The notes below the pieces were generated by a model, which saw only the letters and a list, made by a program, of their open reading frames with translations, was not told the origin of the DNA and did no database searches. Shown one piece after another: positions 49,885-60,423 of a stretch of DNA of 61,667 bases. The translations under genes and the position numbers were made by a program. This stretch comes from a virus (Duplodnaviria; Caudoviricetes): the IMG/VR virus record IMGVR_UViG_3300020468_000006, positions 1-61,667 of that record. The stretch is one strand, 5' to 3'. Position 1 is the stretch's first letter. Each line of letters opens with the position of its first letter.

Positions 49885-52800
49885 ATGGCAAATAGACTAC
49901 AATTACGACGTGACGGTGCACAGCAATGGGCAAACGTTAATGCAATCCTTGCTCAGGGTGAACTTGGCATCGAACTTGATACCTCACGGATCAAGATAGG
50001 AGATGGTGTCACACCATGGAACTCTCTTAAATACGAAAGACCATTAGAGACGGAAAGTAATACTGCAAACACACTTGTAAAACGTGATGCTGACGGTAAC
50101 TTTGAGGCAGGTGCCATTACTGCTTCTATTATCGGTAACAGTGCTACTGCTACAAGACTTGCTAACGCTCGTTCATTCACCCTAACAGGTGACATGTCGG
50201 GTTCTGCTTCGTTTGATGGATCAGCAAACATTAATATTACTGCTGAACTAAACTACCAACCTGGTCTGCCACATTATGATCCTAATAATCTTACAGCACA
50301 AGCATCATATACTAGACTAACAATTGACTCTCGTGGTCGTGTTGTTACTGGTGACAACCCAACAACGTTGGCACAGTATGGTATTGCTGACGCTCAACCT
50401 GCAGATCCAGAACTACAGTCTCTAGCAGACATGTCTGGTTTTGGTATTATTGCTCGTACTGCTGCAGGAACATTATCAAACAGACAGATCGCAGTTAGTT
50501 CGGGTCGTTTACTCGTAACTAATGGTACTGGACAAAACGGAAACCCTGTATTAGATCTTGCTGATACACCTGTTGTTGTTGGTTCTTACAACCCTGTAGG
50601 AAACTTAGACACACCTTTAGTGTCAGTCACAACTGGTGATGAGACAGTAAACACAACGAACTTTACTGTCGATAGATATGGTCGTCTTACTGCTGCGACT
50701 ACATCTGCTATTGCTACAGCAACACAAGGTACTGAAGTAATAGCGTACGACGCAGGTACATCATATACAAGAAATGATAAGATCAAAAACTCAAGTGATA
50801 GGCTTTACCAGGCTTTGCTTGATATTACTAGTGGTGGCGGGGAACCAACACACACAGATGGAAGTGATACGGGGTCTTGGAGATATCTCGGATCTAGTTT
50901 AGCACCTCAAAAAGGTCTAGCATCATTTAACCAAGAAGATTTTGACGTTACTGCATGGAATGCTGCAGGTAACTATGAAGGTGGTTTTGTTACTATTGCA
51001 CAGGCAGGTGTAGATAACGGTCAGTTACAGAACTCACGTGTATCATTTGCTGATGGAAATACTAAAGAAGATTTTGATCTAGATCAAGAACTTACAGCAA
51101 CTACAGGATACAGAGGATTTAATTATCTAAACTACGTTAAGATAAACAACACATCTGGTAGTCTTTTATTTGGAGCGAACAATACAGGAGATAGTGGTGC
51201 AGGAGAAATTGATATTAATGTTAGATCATACTTTAGTGATCCAGACATAACACTTGATGGTACTGTTGCACAGACTTTAGATAAGACTGGTGATGGTAAC
51301 TTAATATTCCAGACTACACAGAACTCAACTTCTGCTAGGAGTCTTAGTATACTTGCAACCAACTCAGGTTCGGGTGATTCTAATATTATTATTCAGTCAG
51401 AGAATGATATTACAATCGCAGCAACGAATGTCTCTAACAGAGTTCATGTAGAAGACTATTGGTTACAAGATAACGTCTTATCAACTACCAATGCAACAAT
51501 GGTACTTGACCCTAATGATGACGATGATGTCACAGGTCTAGTACAAGTTCGTGGTAACTTGCAAGTAGATGGAACTACAACAACAGTTAACTCTACTGTT
51601 GTAACTATCGATGATCCTATATTTACACTGGGTGGTGATACTACTCCAGTAGCAGATGACAATAAGGATCGTGGTATTGAGTTTAAATATTATGATTCAG
51701 AAGCAAGAGTTGGATTCTTTGGATGGGATGAAGATTATGCTGACTCTAATATATGGAGTTCTACTGGTGGATATAGATTATTATATAATGCAACTAATAC
51801 ATCCGAAGTTTTCTCTGGTACTGATGCTCCCCTAATCGCAGGTAACCTAAGACTTACAACAAACACAGGTTCTACCTGGAAGACACCTACAACTGGTACA
51901 CTGGTTGTAACTGGTGGTGTAGGTATTTCTGAAAACATTAACGTTGGTGGAACATCCCACTTAAACGGTAACGTTGAGATTGATGGCACTGTTGATATAG
52001 ATGCCAACTTCGCTGTTAGAAATAATACTACTGATAAGTTTACTATTGCTAGTGCGACAGGTAACACAGTTATTGAGGGTACAGTTGACATTCAGTTAGC
52101 AACAACTATAACTGATGGTCTTCTTATACAAGCAGACGATAAAAAATTCGAAGTTCAGACTGCAGGTGGTACTAGCGTATTTGATATTGATACAGATAAT
52201 GGTAATACACATACAGATGGTACATTAGATGTAGATAGCGGAGTAACATTTAATAGCACTCTTGATGTAGATAACAACGTAACTCTTAATGCTGAGTTAG
52301 ATGTTGATGGCAACTCATTATTCCATAACAACATCACTCTTGATACAACTGGTAAGAACTTTAAGATCACAAACGGATCTGCAGATAAGTTTACTGTTCT
52401 ATCTACAAATGGTAATACAGATATCAGAGGTACATTAGATGTAGGTTCTGCAGTCGTATTCGAAAATAACTTTAATGCTAATGGTAATAACACTACTATT
52501 GGTAACGCTAATACTGATGTATTCACTGTCAACTCAGTCACAACATTTACCGATAATATCACAGTCAATGGTGACGTTGATTTCGACACTAATCTAAATG
52601 TAGATGGTCATGCAGACTTTAATACAACTGTAATTATAGATGGTCAAACTACAATCTATGATTCAGTAATTATTCAGTCTGATAACGAAGTCTTTAACGT
52701 TAATAACGCAGCAGCACAGACCCAATTCTCTATCGACTCTGACAACGGTAACACCGTAATAGGTAGAGCAGGTCTTGGTACTGCATCTGTAGGTCTATTG

Positions 52801-55800
52801 ACTGTTCATGGTGATACTCTACTGAACCGTGACTTAGTAGTTGATGGCAATACAACCATAGGTGATGCTAATACAGATACATTAACTGTTAACTCAGAAT
52901 CAACATTTAATGCAGATGTAACAATCGCAGGTTCTAATAATTTCCAAGTAACGGGTAATGCAATAGTTGACGGGAACCTAACAGTTCACGGTACTACAAC
53001 AACAGTTAACTCTACTGTAGTTACTTTAGATGATCCTATCATTACTTTGGGTGGTGACACTGCTCCTGCTAATGATGACGGTAAAGACCGTGGTGTTGAG
53101 TTTAGATACTACAGTGGTTCGGCTAAACTTGGATGGTTTGGTTGGGATAATAATATAGGGCGTTTTGCACTCTTTAATGATGCAACAAACTCTAGTGAAG
53201 TATTCTCAGGAACTAGATCAGGTATTGATGCAGGTAGTATAAAACTATTTGACACAACAAACGCTACTACCTCCTCTACAGGTACATTAATAGTTGGTGG
53301 TGGTGCAGGTATTGGTTTAGATCTATATGTTGGAGATGATCTTAACGTTGCTGACGATGCTTCTATCGGTGGAAACTTAGATGTTACAGGAACATTTGAT
53401 GTAACTAATGACTTAGCAGTTAACACTTCTAAGATGACAGTTGCTTCTGCAACTGGTAATACAGTTATCCAAGGTTCACTACAAGTAGATCAGGGTGTAA
53501 CTCTTGGTGATGCTGCAGGTGATAACCACACTATTACTGGTACTGTAACCTTTAACCAAGCAATTACATCAACAGATATCACTGCTGATAATATTCAGAT
53601 CGGTGTATCGGGTGCTACTGAGATTGATACTACTTCAGGTAATCTAGTTTTAGATTCTGCAGGTGGTACAATTCACATTACAGATCATGCTGACATCGAT
53701 GGAAACTTAAATGTTGATGGTAATCAACAATTAGATGGTACACTGACTGTTGATAGTACATCAACCTTTAAAGACCATGTATCAATAGAAGATAATAAGT
53801 ATTTAAAATTAGGTGATGATAGTGATTACAGTATAGGATTTGTTACTGCAATTAGTGCAGTTTGGGAAAATGTTGGTACAGGAGCAACCCAGAAAATTAC
53901 CCAAGCACCAGGCATCACTTTACAAGACGGTAGTGGTAATAAATTCTTTAAAGCAGGAAGTTCTGATACTGGTTTGTATCATGTGGGATCTCAGAAACTT
54001 GCTACAACTTCTGGAGGGGTTACGGTAACTGGGTTAACAACTACTGATACTCTCTTAGTCAACACAACTTCTACATTTAGCGGTGCGATTACATCAACAG
54101 ATATTACTGCTGATAACATTCAGATTGGTGTTAGTGGATCTAGTGAAGTTGATACAGCATCTGGTGCGTTAACATTAGACTCTGCTACTGGTGAGACTAT
54201 CGTTGATGACAACTTAACTATCAATGGAACATTAGATGTAGATGCGTTAACAACAATAACTGACGCTCTAACAGTTAAGGCAGATAACAAACTAGTATCA
54301 TTCCAGACTGCTGCAGGTGCTACTGTGTTCAGTGTCGATACTGACAACGGTAACACAGATATACAGGGTACTCTTAATGTGGAGGGTGCAACAACTATTG
54401 ACGATACATTTAATGTTACTCAGGCAACTGATCTAGATAGCACTCTAAATGTTGATGGTGTTGCTACTTTCCAAAACAATGTAGTATTAAACGCTGATAA
54501 TAAAGAATTTGCAATACAGTTAGATGATGGCACTGACAAGTTTACAGTCCAATCAGCAACTGGTAATACAGATATACAAGGAACTCTTGATGTTAATGGA
54601 GCAACAAATGTTACCAACACATTAGGAGTCACAGGACTTACATCTCTTACAAATAACACTAACCCAACATCTCTATCTGGCAATGCTGCTTTGATGGTTA
54701 CTGCAGGTGGTGCAACTGTTGATGAAGATGTGTACATTGGTTCTGATCTATTCTTAGGTCCTAACGCAGGTACAACAATCACCCTAAATGGTGGTAGTGG
54801 TAATGCAGACTTTGGTGGAACATTAGACGTAGCTGGACAGACAACATTATCAACTATCGATGCTACTAGTTTGACAACATCTTCTGGTTTGACAATCGGT
54901 GGTTCGATAGCAGTTAACTCCACTAAGTTTACAGTGGCAGGTGCTACTGGTAACACTGCTGTTGATGGAACATTAGATGTCAACAACGCAACAACAATAA
55001 CAGATACACTGAACGTTACTAACAACGTTGACTTTGATGCTGCGTTAAATGTAGATGGAACTACAACATTAAATGATGCTCTCACACAGAACAGTACATC
55101 ACTCTTTAAAGATAATGTTGTACTAAGAGGATCTACTAAGACATTAAAACTTCAGAACGGATCTGGAACTGATAAGATAACTCTTAACTCCACTTCTGGT
55201 GCTGCAACAATCACAGGATTAACAACAACTAATTCTCTTGACGTTACAACCAACACCACGATAGGTGGAACTCTTGGAGTTACAGGTCAGATCACTGGTA
55301 ACGTAACAGGTGCTTTGACAGGTAATGCTGATACTGCATCGTTGGTTGACGTTACTGATACTACATCATCTAACCTTACATACTATCCAACTTTCGTTTC
55401 TACTAACACAGGAAACACAGAAGTTAGAACTGACTCTACTAACCTTACATACAACCCTTCTACTAACAGACTAACTGTTACAAACTTCAGATCAACAACT
55501 GACTTTGAGGTTCAGGGTAACTTGACTATTACTGGTAACATTGCATATAACCAGTCAGAGGTTGGTAGTATTGCGAACCATGATACTGATGCACTTACTG
55601 AAGGATCAACTAATCTATACTTCACTAACGAAAGAGTTGATGATAGAGTTGATGCTCTAATCACAGGTGGTACAGGTATTACTGCGACTTACGATGACGC
55701 AGGTAACATCTTAACCTTGAGCACTACTCAAGCAGATATTAATACAGACAACGTTACTGAAGGAACAACTAATCTATTCACTACTGCTGCTAGAACTAGA

Positions 55801-57276
55801 ACACACTTCACATATGGTAATGGTATTGCACTAGCAGGTTCTGGTGAACTAACTGTAACTCAGTCACAAATTAGCACAGACAATGTAACTGAAGGATCAA
55901 CAAACCTCTTTACTACTGCTGCTAGAACTCGTGGACATATTAGTGTAACTGGAGACTTAGCATACAATGCTTCTACTGGTGTCATCTCTTACACAATCCC
56001 AACAACGATTGCTTCTATATCTAATCATGATACTGGTGATCTAACAGAAGGAACAAATCTATACTACACAGATGAGAGAGTAGATGACAGAGTTAATGCT
56101 CTTATAACTGCAGGTACAGGACTAACTAAGACTTACGATGATGCTTCTAACACATACACACTAGCATTCTCATTCTCTGAGTTTGATACAGACAGTGTTG
56201 TAGAAGGATCAACTAATCTCTTTACTACTGCTGCCAGAACAAGAACACACTTTACATATGGCACAGGTATCACTCACTCTGGTGGTACTCTATCTGTCAC
56301 ACAGGCAGACATTGACACAGACAATATAACTGAAGGTTCATCTAACCTCTTTACAACTGCTGCTAGAACTAGAACTCACTTCACATACGGAACTGGTATT
56401 ACACACAGTAGTGGAACTCTTTCTGTTACTCAATCTGATATTGATACAGACAATGTAACTGAAGGATCTACAAATCTATTCACAACTGCTGCTCGCACTA
56501 GAGGACACATCTCTGTTGGTGGAGACCTAGCATACAATAGTGGCACAGGTGTTATCTCCTTTACTGAGAGAACTGATGCTCAGGTTAATACTCTTGCAGA
56601 TGCAAGAATTACTGCTGCTGATACCGATGATCTATCTGAAGGATCAACCAACCTTTACTACACCAACGCTCGTGCTGATGCTCGTGTCGTTGCAGGTATC
56701 ACTGGAAAACTTGATGCTTCTGCAATCAGCACATTCGGTCTAACACTAGTTGATGACGCTGATGCTGCTGCTGTCATAGCCACTCTTGGACTTGGCACTG
56801 CTGCTGTTACTGCATCAACTGCCTATGCTACTGCTGCACAGGGTACACTTGCTGCATCTGCTACACAACCAGGTGACTTATCAACTGTGGCAACCAGTGG
56901 AGCATACAATGACCTAACTGGCAAACCTACATTATTCTCTGGTGATTATGATGACCTATCTAACAAACCTACATTAGGAACTGCTGCTGCAACTGCAACA
57001 ACTGCCTATGCTACTGCTGCACAAGGTACACTTGCCACTAACGCAGCACCATTAGCATCTCCTACGCTGACAGGTACACCAGCTGCACCAACTGCTGCTC
57101 AAGCAACTAACACAACACAGATTGCTACCACAGCATTTGTCCAGTCTAATTTGACTGCTGCATTACTTCGCACTGCTCTTGGTATTGTATCGGCAGTTAA
57201 CGATGCTGGCTCTGGTCTCGCATCAGGTGAAATGTACTTTAATACTACTTCTAATACTTACGTACTTGTAGCATAA
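49885..57276 (+). CDS. long tail fibre protein (2463 aa)
   Basis: The N-terminus RLQLRRD....W...N.ILAQGELGIELDT.RIKIGDGVTPWNSL.Y is an Mtd_N/hyaluronidase-type anchor. It also has GNSATATRLANAR..TL.GD..GS.SFDGSAN, many G.L.V.G beta repeats, TD.L.EG.TNL repeats and APLASP.LTGTP.APT. Confidence 0.88.
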   Translation: MANRLQLRRDGAQQWANVNAILAQGELGIELDTSRIKIGDGVTPWNSLKYERPLETESNTANTLVKRDADGNFEAGAITASIIGNSATATRLANARSFTLTGDMSGSASFDGSANINITAELNYQPGLPHYDPNNLTAQASYTRLTIDSRGRVVTGDNPTTLAQYGIADAQPADPELQSLADMSGFGIIARTAAGTLSNRQIAVSSGRLLVTNGTGQNGNPVLDLADTPVVVGSYNPVGNLDTPLVSVTTGDETVNTTNFTVDRYGRLTAATTSAIATATQGTEVIAYDAGTSYTRNDKIKNSSDRLYQALLDITSGGGEPTHTDGSDTGSWRYLGSSLAPQKGLASFNQEDFDVTAWNAAGNYEGGFVTIAQAGVDNGQLQNSRVSFADGNTKEDFDLDQELTATTGYRGFNYLNYVKINNTSGSLLFGANNTGDSGAGEIDINVRSYFSDPDITLDGTVAQTLDKTGDGNLIFQTTQNSTSARSLSILATNSGSGDSNIIIQSENDITIAATNVSNRVHVEDYWLQDNVLSTTNATMVLDPNDDDDVTGLVQVRGNLQVDGTTTTVNSTVVTIDDPIFTLGGDTTPVADDNKDRGIEFKYYDSEARVGFFGWDEDYADSNIWSSTGGYRLLYNATNTSEVFSGTDAPLIAGNLRLTTNTGSTWKTPTTGTLVVTGGVGISENINVGGTSHLNGNVEIDGTVDIDANFAVRNNTTDKFTIASATGNTVIEGTVDIQLATTITDGLLIQADDKKFEVQTAGGTSVFDIDTDNGNTHTDGTLDVDSGVTFNSTLDVDNNVTLNAELDVDGNSLFHNNITLDTTGKNFKITNGSADKFTVLSTNGNTDIRGTLDVGSAVVFENNFNANGNNTTIGNANTDVFTVNSVTTFTDNITVNGDVDFDTNLNVDGHADFNTTVIIDGQTTIYDSVIIQSDNEVFNVNNAAAQTQFSIDSDNGNTVIGRAGLGTASVGLLTVHGDTLLNRDLVVDGNTTIGDANTDTLTVNSESTFNADVTIAGSNNFQVTGNAIVDGNLTVHGTTTTVNSTVVTLDDPIITLGGDTAPANDDGKDRGVEFRYYSGSAKLGWFGWDNNIGRFALFNDATNSSEVFSGTRSGIDAGSIKLFDTTNATTSSTGTLIVGGGAGIGLDLYVGDDLNVADDASIGGNLDVTGTFDVTNDLAVNTSKMTVASATGNTVIQGSLQVDQGVTLGDAAGDNHTITGTVTFNQAITSTDITADNIQIGVSGATEIDTTSGNLVLDSAGGTIHITDHADIDGNLNVDGNQQLDGTLTVDSTSTFKDHVSIEDNKYLKLGDDSDYSIGFVTAISAVWENVGTGATQKITQAPGITLQDGSGNKFFKAGSSDTGLYHVGSQKLATTSGGVTVTGLTTTDTLLVNTTSTFSGAITSTDITADNIQIGVSGSSEVDTASGALTLDSATGETIVDDNLTINGTLDVDALTTITDALTVKADNKLVSFQTAAGATVFSVDTDNGNTDIQGTLNVEGATTIDDTFNVTQATDLDSTLNVDGVATFQNNVVLNADNKEFAIQLDDGTDKFTVQSATGNTDIQGTLDVNGATNVTNTLGVTGLTSLTNNTNPTSLSGNAALMVTAGGATVDEDVYIGSDLFLGPNAGTTITLNGGSGNADFGGTLDVAGQTTLSTIDATSLTTSSGLTIGGSIAVNSTKFTVAGATGNTAVDGTLDVNNATTITDTLNVTNNVDFDAALNVDGTTTLNDALTQNSTSLFKDNVVLRGSTKTLKLQNGSGTDKITLNSTSGAATITGLTTTNSLDVTTNTTIGGTLGVTGQITGNVTGALTGNADTASLVDVTDTTSSNLTYYPTFVSTNTGNTEVRTDSTNLTYNPSTNRLTVTNFRSTTDFEVQGNLTITGNIAYNQSEVGSIANHDTDALTEGSTNLYFTNERVDDRVDALITGGTGITATYDDAGNILTLSTTQADINTDNVTEGTTNLFTTAARTRTHFTYGNGIALAGSGELTVTQSQISTDNVTEGSTNLFTTAARTRGHISVTGDLAYNASTGVISYTIPTTIASISNHDTGDLTEGTNLYYTDERVDDRVNALITAGTGLTKTYDDASNTYTLAFSFSEFDTDSVVEGSTNLFTTAARTRTHFTYGTGITHSGGTLSVTQADIDTDNITEGSSNLFTTAARTRTHFTYGTGITHSSGTLSVTQSDIDTDNVTEGSTNLFTTAARTRGHISVGGDLAYNSGTGVISFTERTDAQVNTLADARITAADTDDLSEGSTNLYYTNARADARVVAGITGKLDASAISTFGLTLVDDADAAAVIATLGLGTAAVTASTAYATAAQGTLAASATQPGDLSTVATSGAYNDLTGKPTLFSGDYDDLSNKPTLGTAAATATTAYATAAQGTLATNAAPLASPTLTGTPAAPTAAQATNTTQIATTAFVQSNLTAALLRTALGIVSAVNDAGSGLASGEMYFNTTSNTYVLVA
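55579..56690 (+). repeat. 8 TDxxxEGxxNL(F/Y)xTxxR repeats in tail fibre
   Basis: Eight protein-level repeats with near-identical DNA stretches, e.g. gacaatgtaactgaaggatc and actgctgctagaact. Confidence 0.9.
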
Positions 57277-58076
57277 TGGCACAACCAAACTCAAAAGCAA
57301 CCCTTAAAGAATACTGTTTACGTAGATTAGGTAAACCAGTATTAGAGATCAACGTATCTGATGATCAAATCGATGATGCTATCGATTATGGAATACAAAA
57401 ATTCCAACAGTATCATTATGATGGTGCTGAGAGAGTTTATCTTAAACACCTATTTACAGCAGCTGAGATCGCTGCAGGTAAACAAACAGATAGTACTACA
57501 GGTGTAGATGGTACTACAGCATGGGGTGAGCAAACAAACTATCTTTCTATACCAGATCATATACTAGCGGTAGAAGGTCTCTTTGCATTTACTGACAAAG
57601 GAACTAGAAATATGTTTGACATTCGTTATCAGATCAGACTAAATGATCTATACGATTTTACATCAACACAGTTCTATCATTACTTTATGATTCAGTCACA
57701 CTTAGAAAGTATTGACTGGTTATTAGAAGGTATGAAACCAGTAAGATATTCGCAGGTACAGAATAGATTACATATAGATTTTGACTGGACAGAAGATTCC
57801 CTAGCAGATCAGTATGTTGTTATCAAAGCATGGAGAGCATTAGATCCAACTACATGGACAGAGATATACAATCAGATGTGGTTAAAAGATTATTGTTCTG
57901 CAAAAATTAAGAAGCAGTGGGGACAGAATATGACCAAGTTCCAGAACGTTCAGATGCCAGGTGGAGTAACTCTTAACGGTGAAATGATATACAATGATGC
58001 AGTAGAAGAGTTAAAAATCTTAGATGAGTCCCTACGTAATACATGGGAAACTCCTCCACTAGACATGATAGGATGA
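57276..58076 (+). CDS. gp13: neck protein gp13
   Basis: LKEYCLRRLGKPVLEINV.DDQIDD.ID, WLKDY..A.IK.QWGQN..KF...Q.PGGVTLNG and PPLDMIG. Confidence 0.95.
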   Translation: MAQPNSKATLKEYCLRRLGKPVLEINVSDDQIDDAIDYGIQKFQQYHYDGAERVYLKHLFTAAEIAAGKQTDSTTGVDGTTAWGEQTNYLSIPDHILAVEGLFAFTDKGTRNMFDIRYQIRLNDLYDFTSTQFYHYFMIQSHLESIDWLLEGMKPVRYSQVQNRLHIDFDWTEDSLADQYVVIKAWRALDPTTWTEIYNQMWLKDYCSAKIKKQWGQNMTKFQNVQMPGGVTLNGEMIYNDAVEELKILDESLRNTWETPPLDMIG

Positions 58077-58077
58077 T

Positions 58078-58953
58078 ATGGCACTTAACACTTATTTTTC
58101 ACAAGGAACTACAGGTGAGCAAGGTCTTACCCAAGATCTAGTTGACGAACAAATTAAGATGTTTGGGAAGAATGTGTTTTACATTCCTAGAACATTAGTA
58201 AAAGAAGATGGAGTATTTGGTGAAGATACCCTATCCAAGTTTGAGGGTGCATTCGAAGTAGAAGTTTATATCGAAGACTCAGGTGGGTTTCGTGGTGATG
58301 GAGATATCTTTAGTAAGTTTGGTGTGCAAATATCTGATCAGGTTACTCTGGTTATGTCACGAAGAAGATTTACTGCTGCTGTAGATGATAACGCACAGTT
58401 AATTGTAGAAGGTAGACCTAACGAAGGTGATCTAATTCATATACCATTAGCAAACAAAACATTCGAAATACAATTCGTAGAGCATGAACAACCTTTCTAT
58501 CAGTTAGGTAGTTTATATGTTTGGGGATTACGCTGTGAGTTGTTCCAGTACAGCGACGAGGATATCGATACTGGTGTTGCTGCAGTAGATGCTATAGAAG
58601 CAAACTTTGCAAATGCAATAGCAGTAAACCTAGTTGCAGGTGGTACAGGTACATTCTCAGTGGGAGAGATTATCACTGGTGGTACATCTAATGTATCTGC
58701 TGAGGTTAAGTCCTTTGATGCAGCAACACAACAGATACAGGTATACAATCGTACAGGCATCTTTACGGTGCCTGAGACCCTCACAGGGCAGACTTCAGGG
58801 GCAGCTTGGACAACTGCTACATATAATACAATAAATAATGTTAACAGTGAGTTTGATATCAATGCAACAGTTGAGACTCAAGCAGATGCTGTTGTTGATT
58901 TCACACAAGGTAATCCCTTTGGTGAATTTGGAAATAAAGGGAGTAGCATCTAA
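58078..58953 (+). CDS. gp14: neck protein gp14
   Basis: EQ.L..DLV.EQIKMFG..V.YIPR, SKFG, RPNEGDLI, FEIQFVEHEQPFYQLG, L.CELFQYS.E.IDTG and NPFG. Confidence 0.95.
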   Translation: MALNTYFSQGTTGEQGLTQDLVDEQIKMFGKNVFYIPRTLVKEDGVFGEDTLSKFEGAFEVEVYIEDSGGFRGDGDIFSKFGVQISDQVTLVMSRRRFTAAVDDNAQLIVEGRPNEGDLIHIPLANKTFEIQFVEHEQPFYQLGSLYVWGLRCELFQYSDEDIDTGVAAVDAIEANFANAIAVNLVAGGTGTFSVGEIITGGTSNVSAEVKSFDAATQQIQVYNRTGIFTVPETLTGQTSGAAWTTATYNTINNVNSEFDINATVETQADAVVDFTQGNPFGEFGNKGSSI

Positions 58954-59993
58954 TGCTTGGCACATACAGTTATCATGAGATAATAAAGAAGACAGTTGTC
59001 GGTTTCGGTACACTGTTTAATAATATAGAACTTAGACGCACATCTGGTTCTAAAACTGAGGTGATGAAAGTTCCCCTAGCATATGGTCCTAAGCAAAAGT
59101 TTCTTGCTAGACTACAACAGTTAGGAGATCTAAGTACTAAGAATCAGGTACAGATCACCCTACCTCGTATATCATTTGAGATTACAGGTATTCAGTATGA
59201 TGCAACAAGGAAGGTTGCACCCACTCAGTACATAAGACACACTAGTGGTACTACTACTAACAAAGGTTTTATGCCTATACCATATAATGTAAACTTTGAG
59301 TTAGCAATTCTTGCCAAGAATCAGGATGATTCACTTCAGATCCTTGAGCAAATTTTACCATTCTTCCAACCAAGTTTTAATATTACGATGAACTTGGTTC
59401 CTTCTTTAGGTGAGAAAAGAGACTATCCTATCACTCTAACTGATGTCGCTTATGATGATCAGTATGAAGGTGATTATGATACTCGTAGAACTTTGATTTA
59501 CACTTTGCAATTTATTGCAAAAACCTATCTTTACGGTCCTGTATTGGACAAGTCAGGAGAGGTTATCAAGAAGTCTATCGTGGACTACTCAACAGACAGT
59601 GCTCGTACTGCTCCAAGAGAAGTCAGATATACTGCTACACCTAGATCACTTGTTGATAGAACAGGTGATGCTGTAACTACACTCTCTAATAGTATAGATC
59701 TTAACGATGGAATCTTCGAGGTTGCATCAGTAGCAGATCTAGTAGTTGGAGATGAGTTCCAAGTCGATACCGAGGTTATGCACATCACTCGTATAGTAGG
59801 TACTACATTACACGTTAGTCGTGGATATAATCAGAGTACTATTGCTACACATACAGGTGGTGCAGGATTACTTAAGATCGATGCTGCAGACAATACACTT
59901 GTAGAATCAGACGATGACTTTGGTTTTAATGAATTGTATTCTGAGTTCACCGATGGAAAATCAAGAAACCCAACCACAGGATCCGATGAATAA
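58953..59993 (+). CDS. gp15: tail sheath stabilizer and completion protein gp15
   Basis: YHEIIKKTVVGFGTLFNNI, KVPLAYGPKQKFLARL, LPRISFE, QILEQILPFFQP and DDDFGF. Confidence 0.95.
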   Translation: MLGTYSYHEIIKKTVVGFGTLFNNIELRRTSGSKTEVMKVPLAYGPKQKFLARLQQLGDLSTKNQVQITLPRISFEITGIQYDATRKVAPTQYIRHTSGTTTNKGFMPIPYNVNFELAILAKNQDDSLQILEQILPFFQPSFNITMNLVPSLGEKRDYPITLTDVAYDDQYEGDYDTRRTLIYTLQFIAKTYLYGPVLDKSGEVIKKSIVDYSTDSARTAPREVRYTATPRSLVDRTGDAVTTLSNSIDLNDGIFEVASVADLVVGDEFQVDTEVMHITRIVGTTLHVSRGYNQSTIATHTGGAGLLKIDAADNTLVESDDDFGFNELYSEFTDGKSRNPTTGSDE

Positions 59994-60390
59994 ATTTGAT
60001 GGGATTGAGGATGCTCTCAATGTAGAAGCATCTATCATACCAAAAGAAGAAGTTAAACCTGTCGTTAAGATAGATAACTCCAAAGATCTTAAACAGGACT
60101 ATGAATATTCTCGTGGTCAACTTTATAATCTTATTGAGAAAGGTCAAGAAGCAATTAGTGGTATCATGGATGTCGCTAATCAATCTGATCAACCTAGAGC
60201 ATATGAAGTCGCAGGACAACTTATCAAACACGTCGGTGATGTGGCAGATAAACTAGTTGATTTGCAGAAAAAAGTAAACGATATAGAAAATCCTAAAGCA
60301 AGTAAGACACAAGAAGTTACTAACAATACTATGTTCGTTGGTAGTACTAGTGACCTTGCAAAGTTTCTAAAGAAGAAACAAGATAAATAA
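59986..60390 (+). CDS. gp16: terminase small subunit gp16
   Basis: DYEYSRGQLYNLIEKGQEAI......A..SD.PRAYEVAGQLIK.V.D..DKL.DLQKK and NN.MFVGST.DL.K.LK. The likely start is the ATG at 59986, overlapping the gp15 end, rather than 59914. Confidence 0.92.
   Translation: MNKFDGIEDALNVEASIIPKEEVKPVVKIDNSKDLKQDYEYSRGQLYNLIEKGQEAISGIMDVANQSDQPRAYEVAGQLIKHVGDVADKLVDLQKKVNDIENPKASKTQEVTNNTMFVGSTSDLAKFLKKKQDK
60383..60389 (+). promoter_or_regulatory. late promoter (ATAAATA)
   Basis: At the end of gp16, 35 bp before the ORF at 60424. Confidence 0.65.
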
Positions 60391-60423
60391 CACTGTAGAT
60401 AGGTAATACCTAGAGAGGCAACA

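Noticed and set aside
59914-59985. N-terminal extension of gp16 given by the ORF track
   Set aside because: It overlaps the conserved gp15 C-terminus; the ATG at 59986 gives the usual short overlap.
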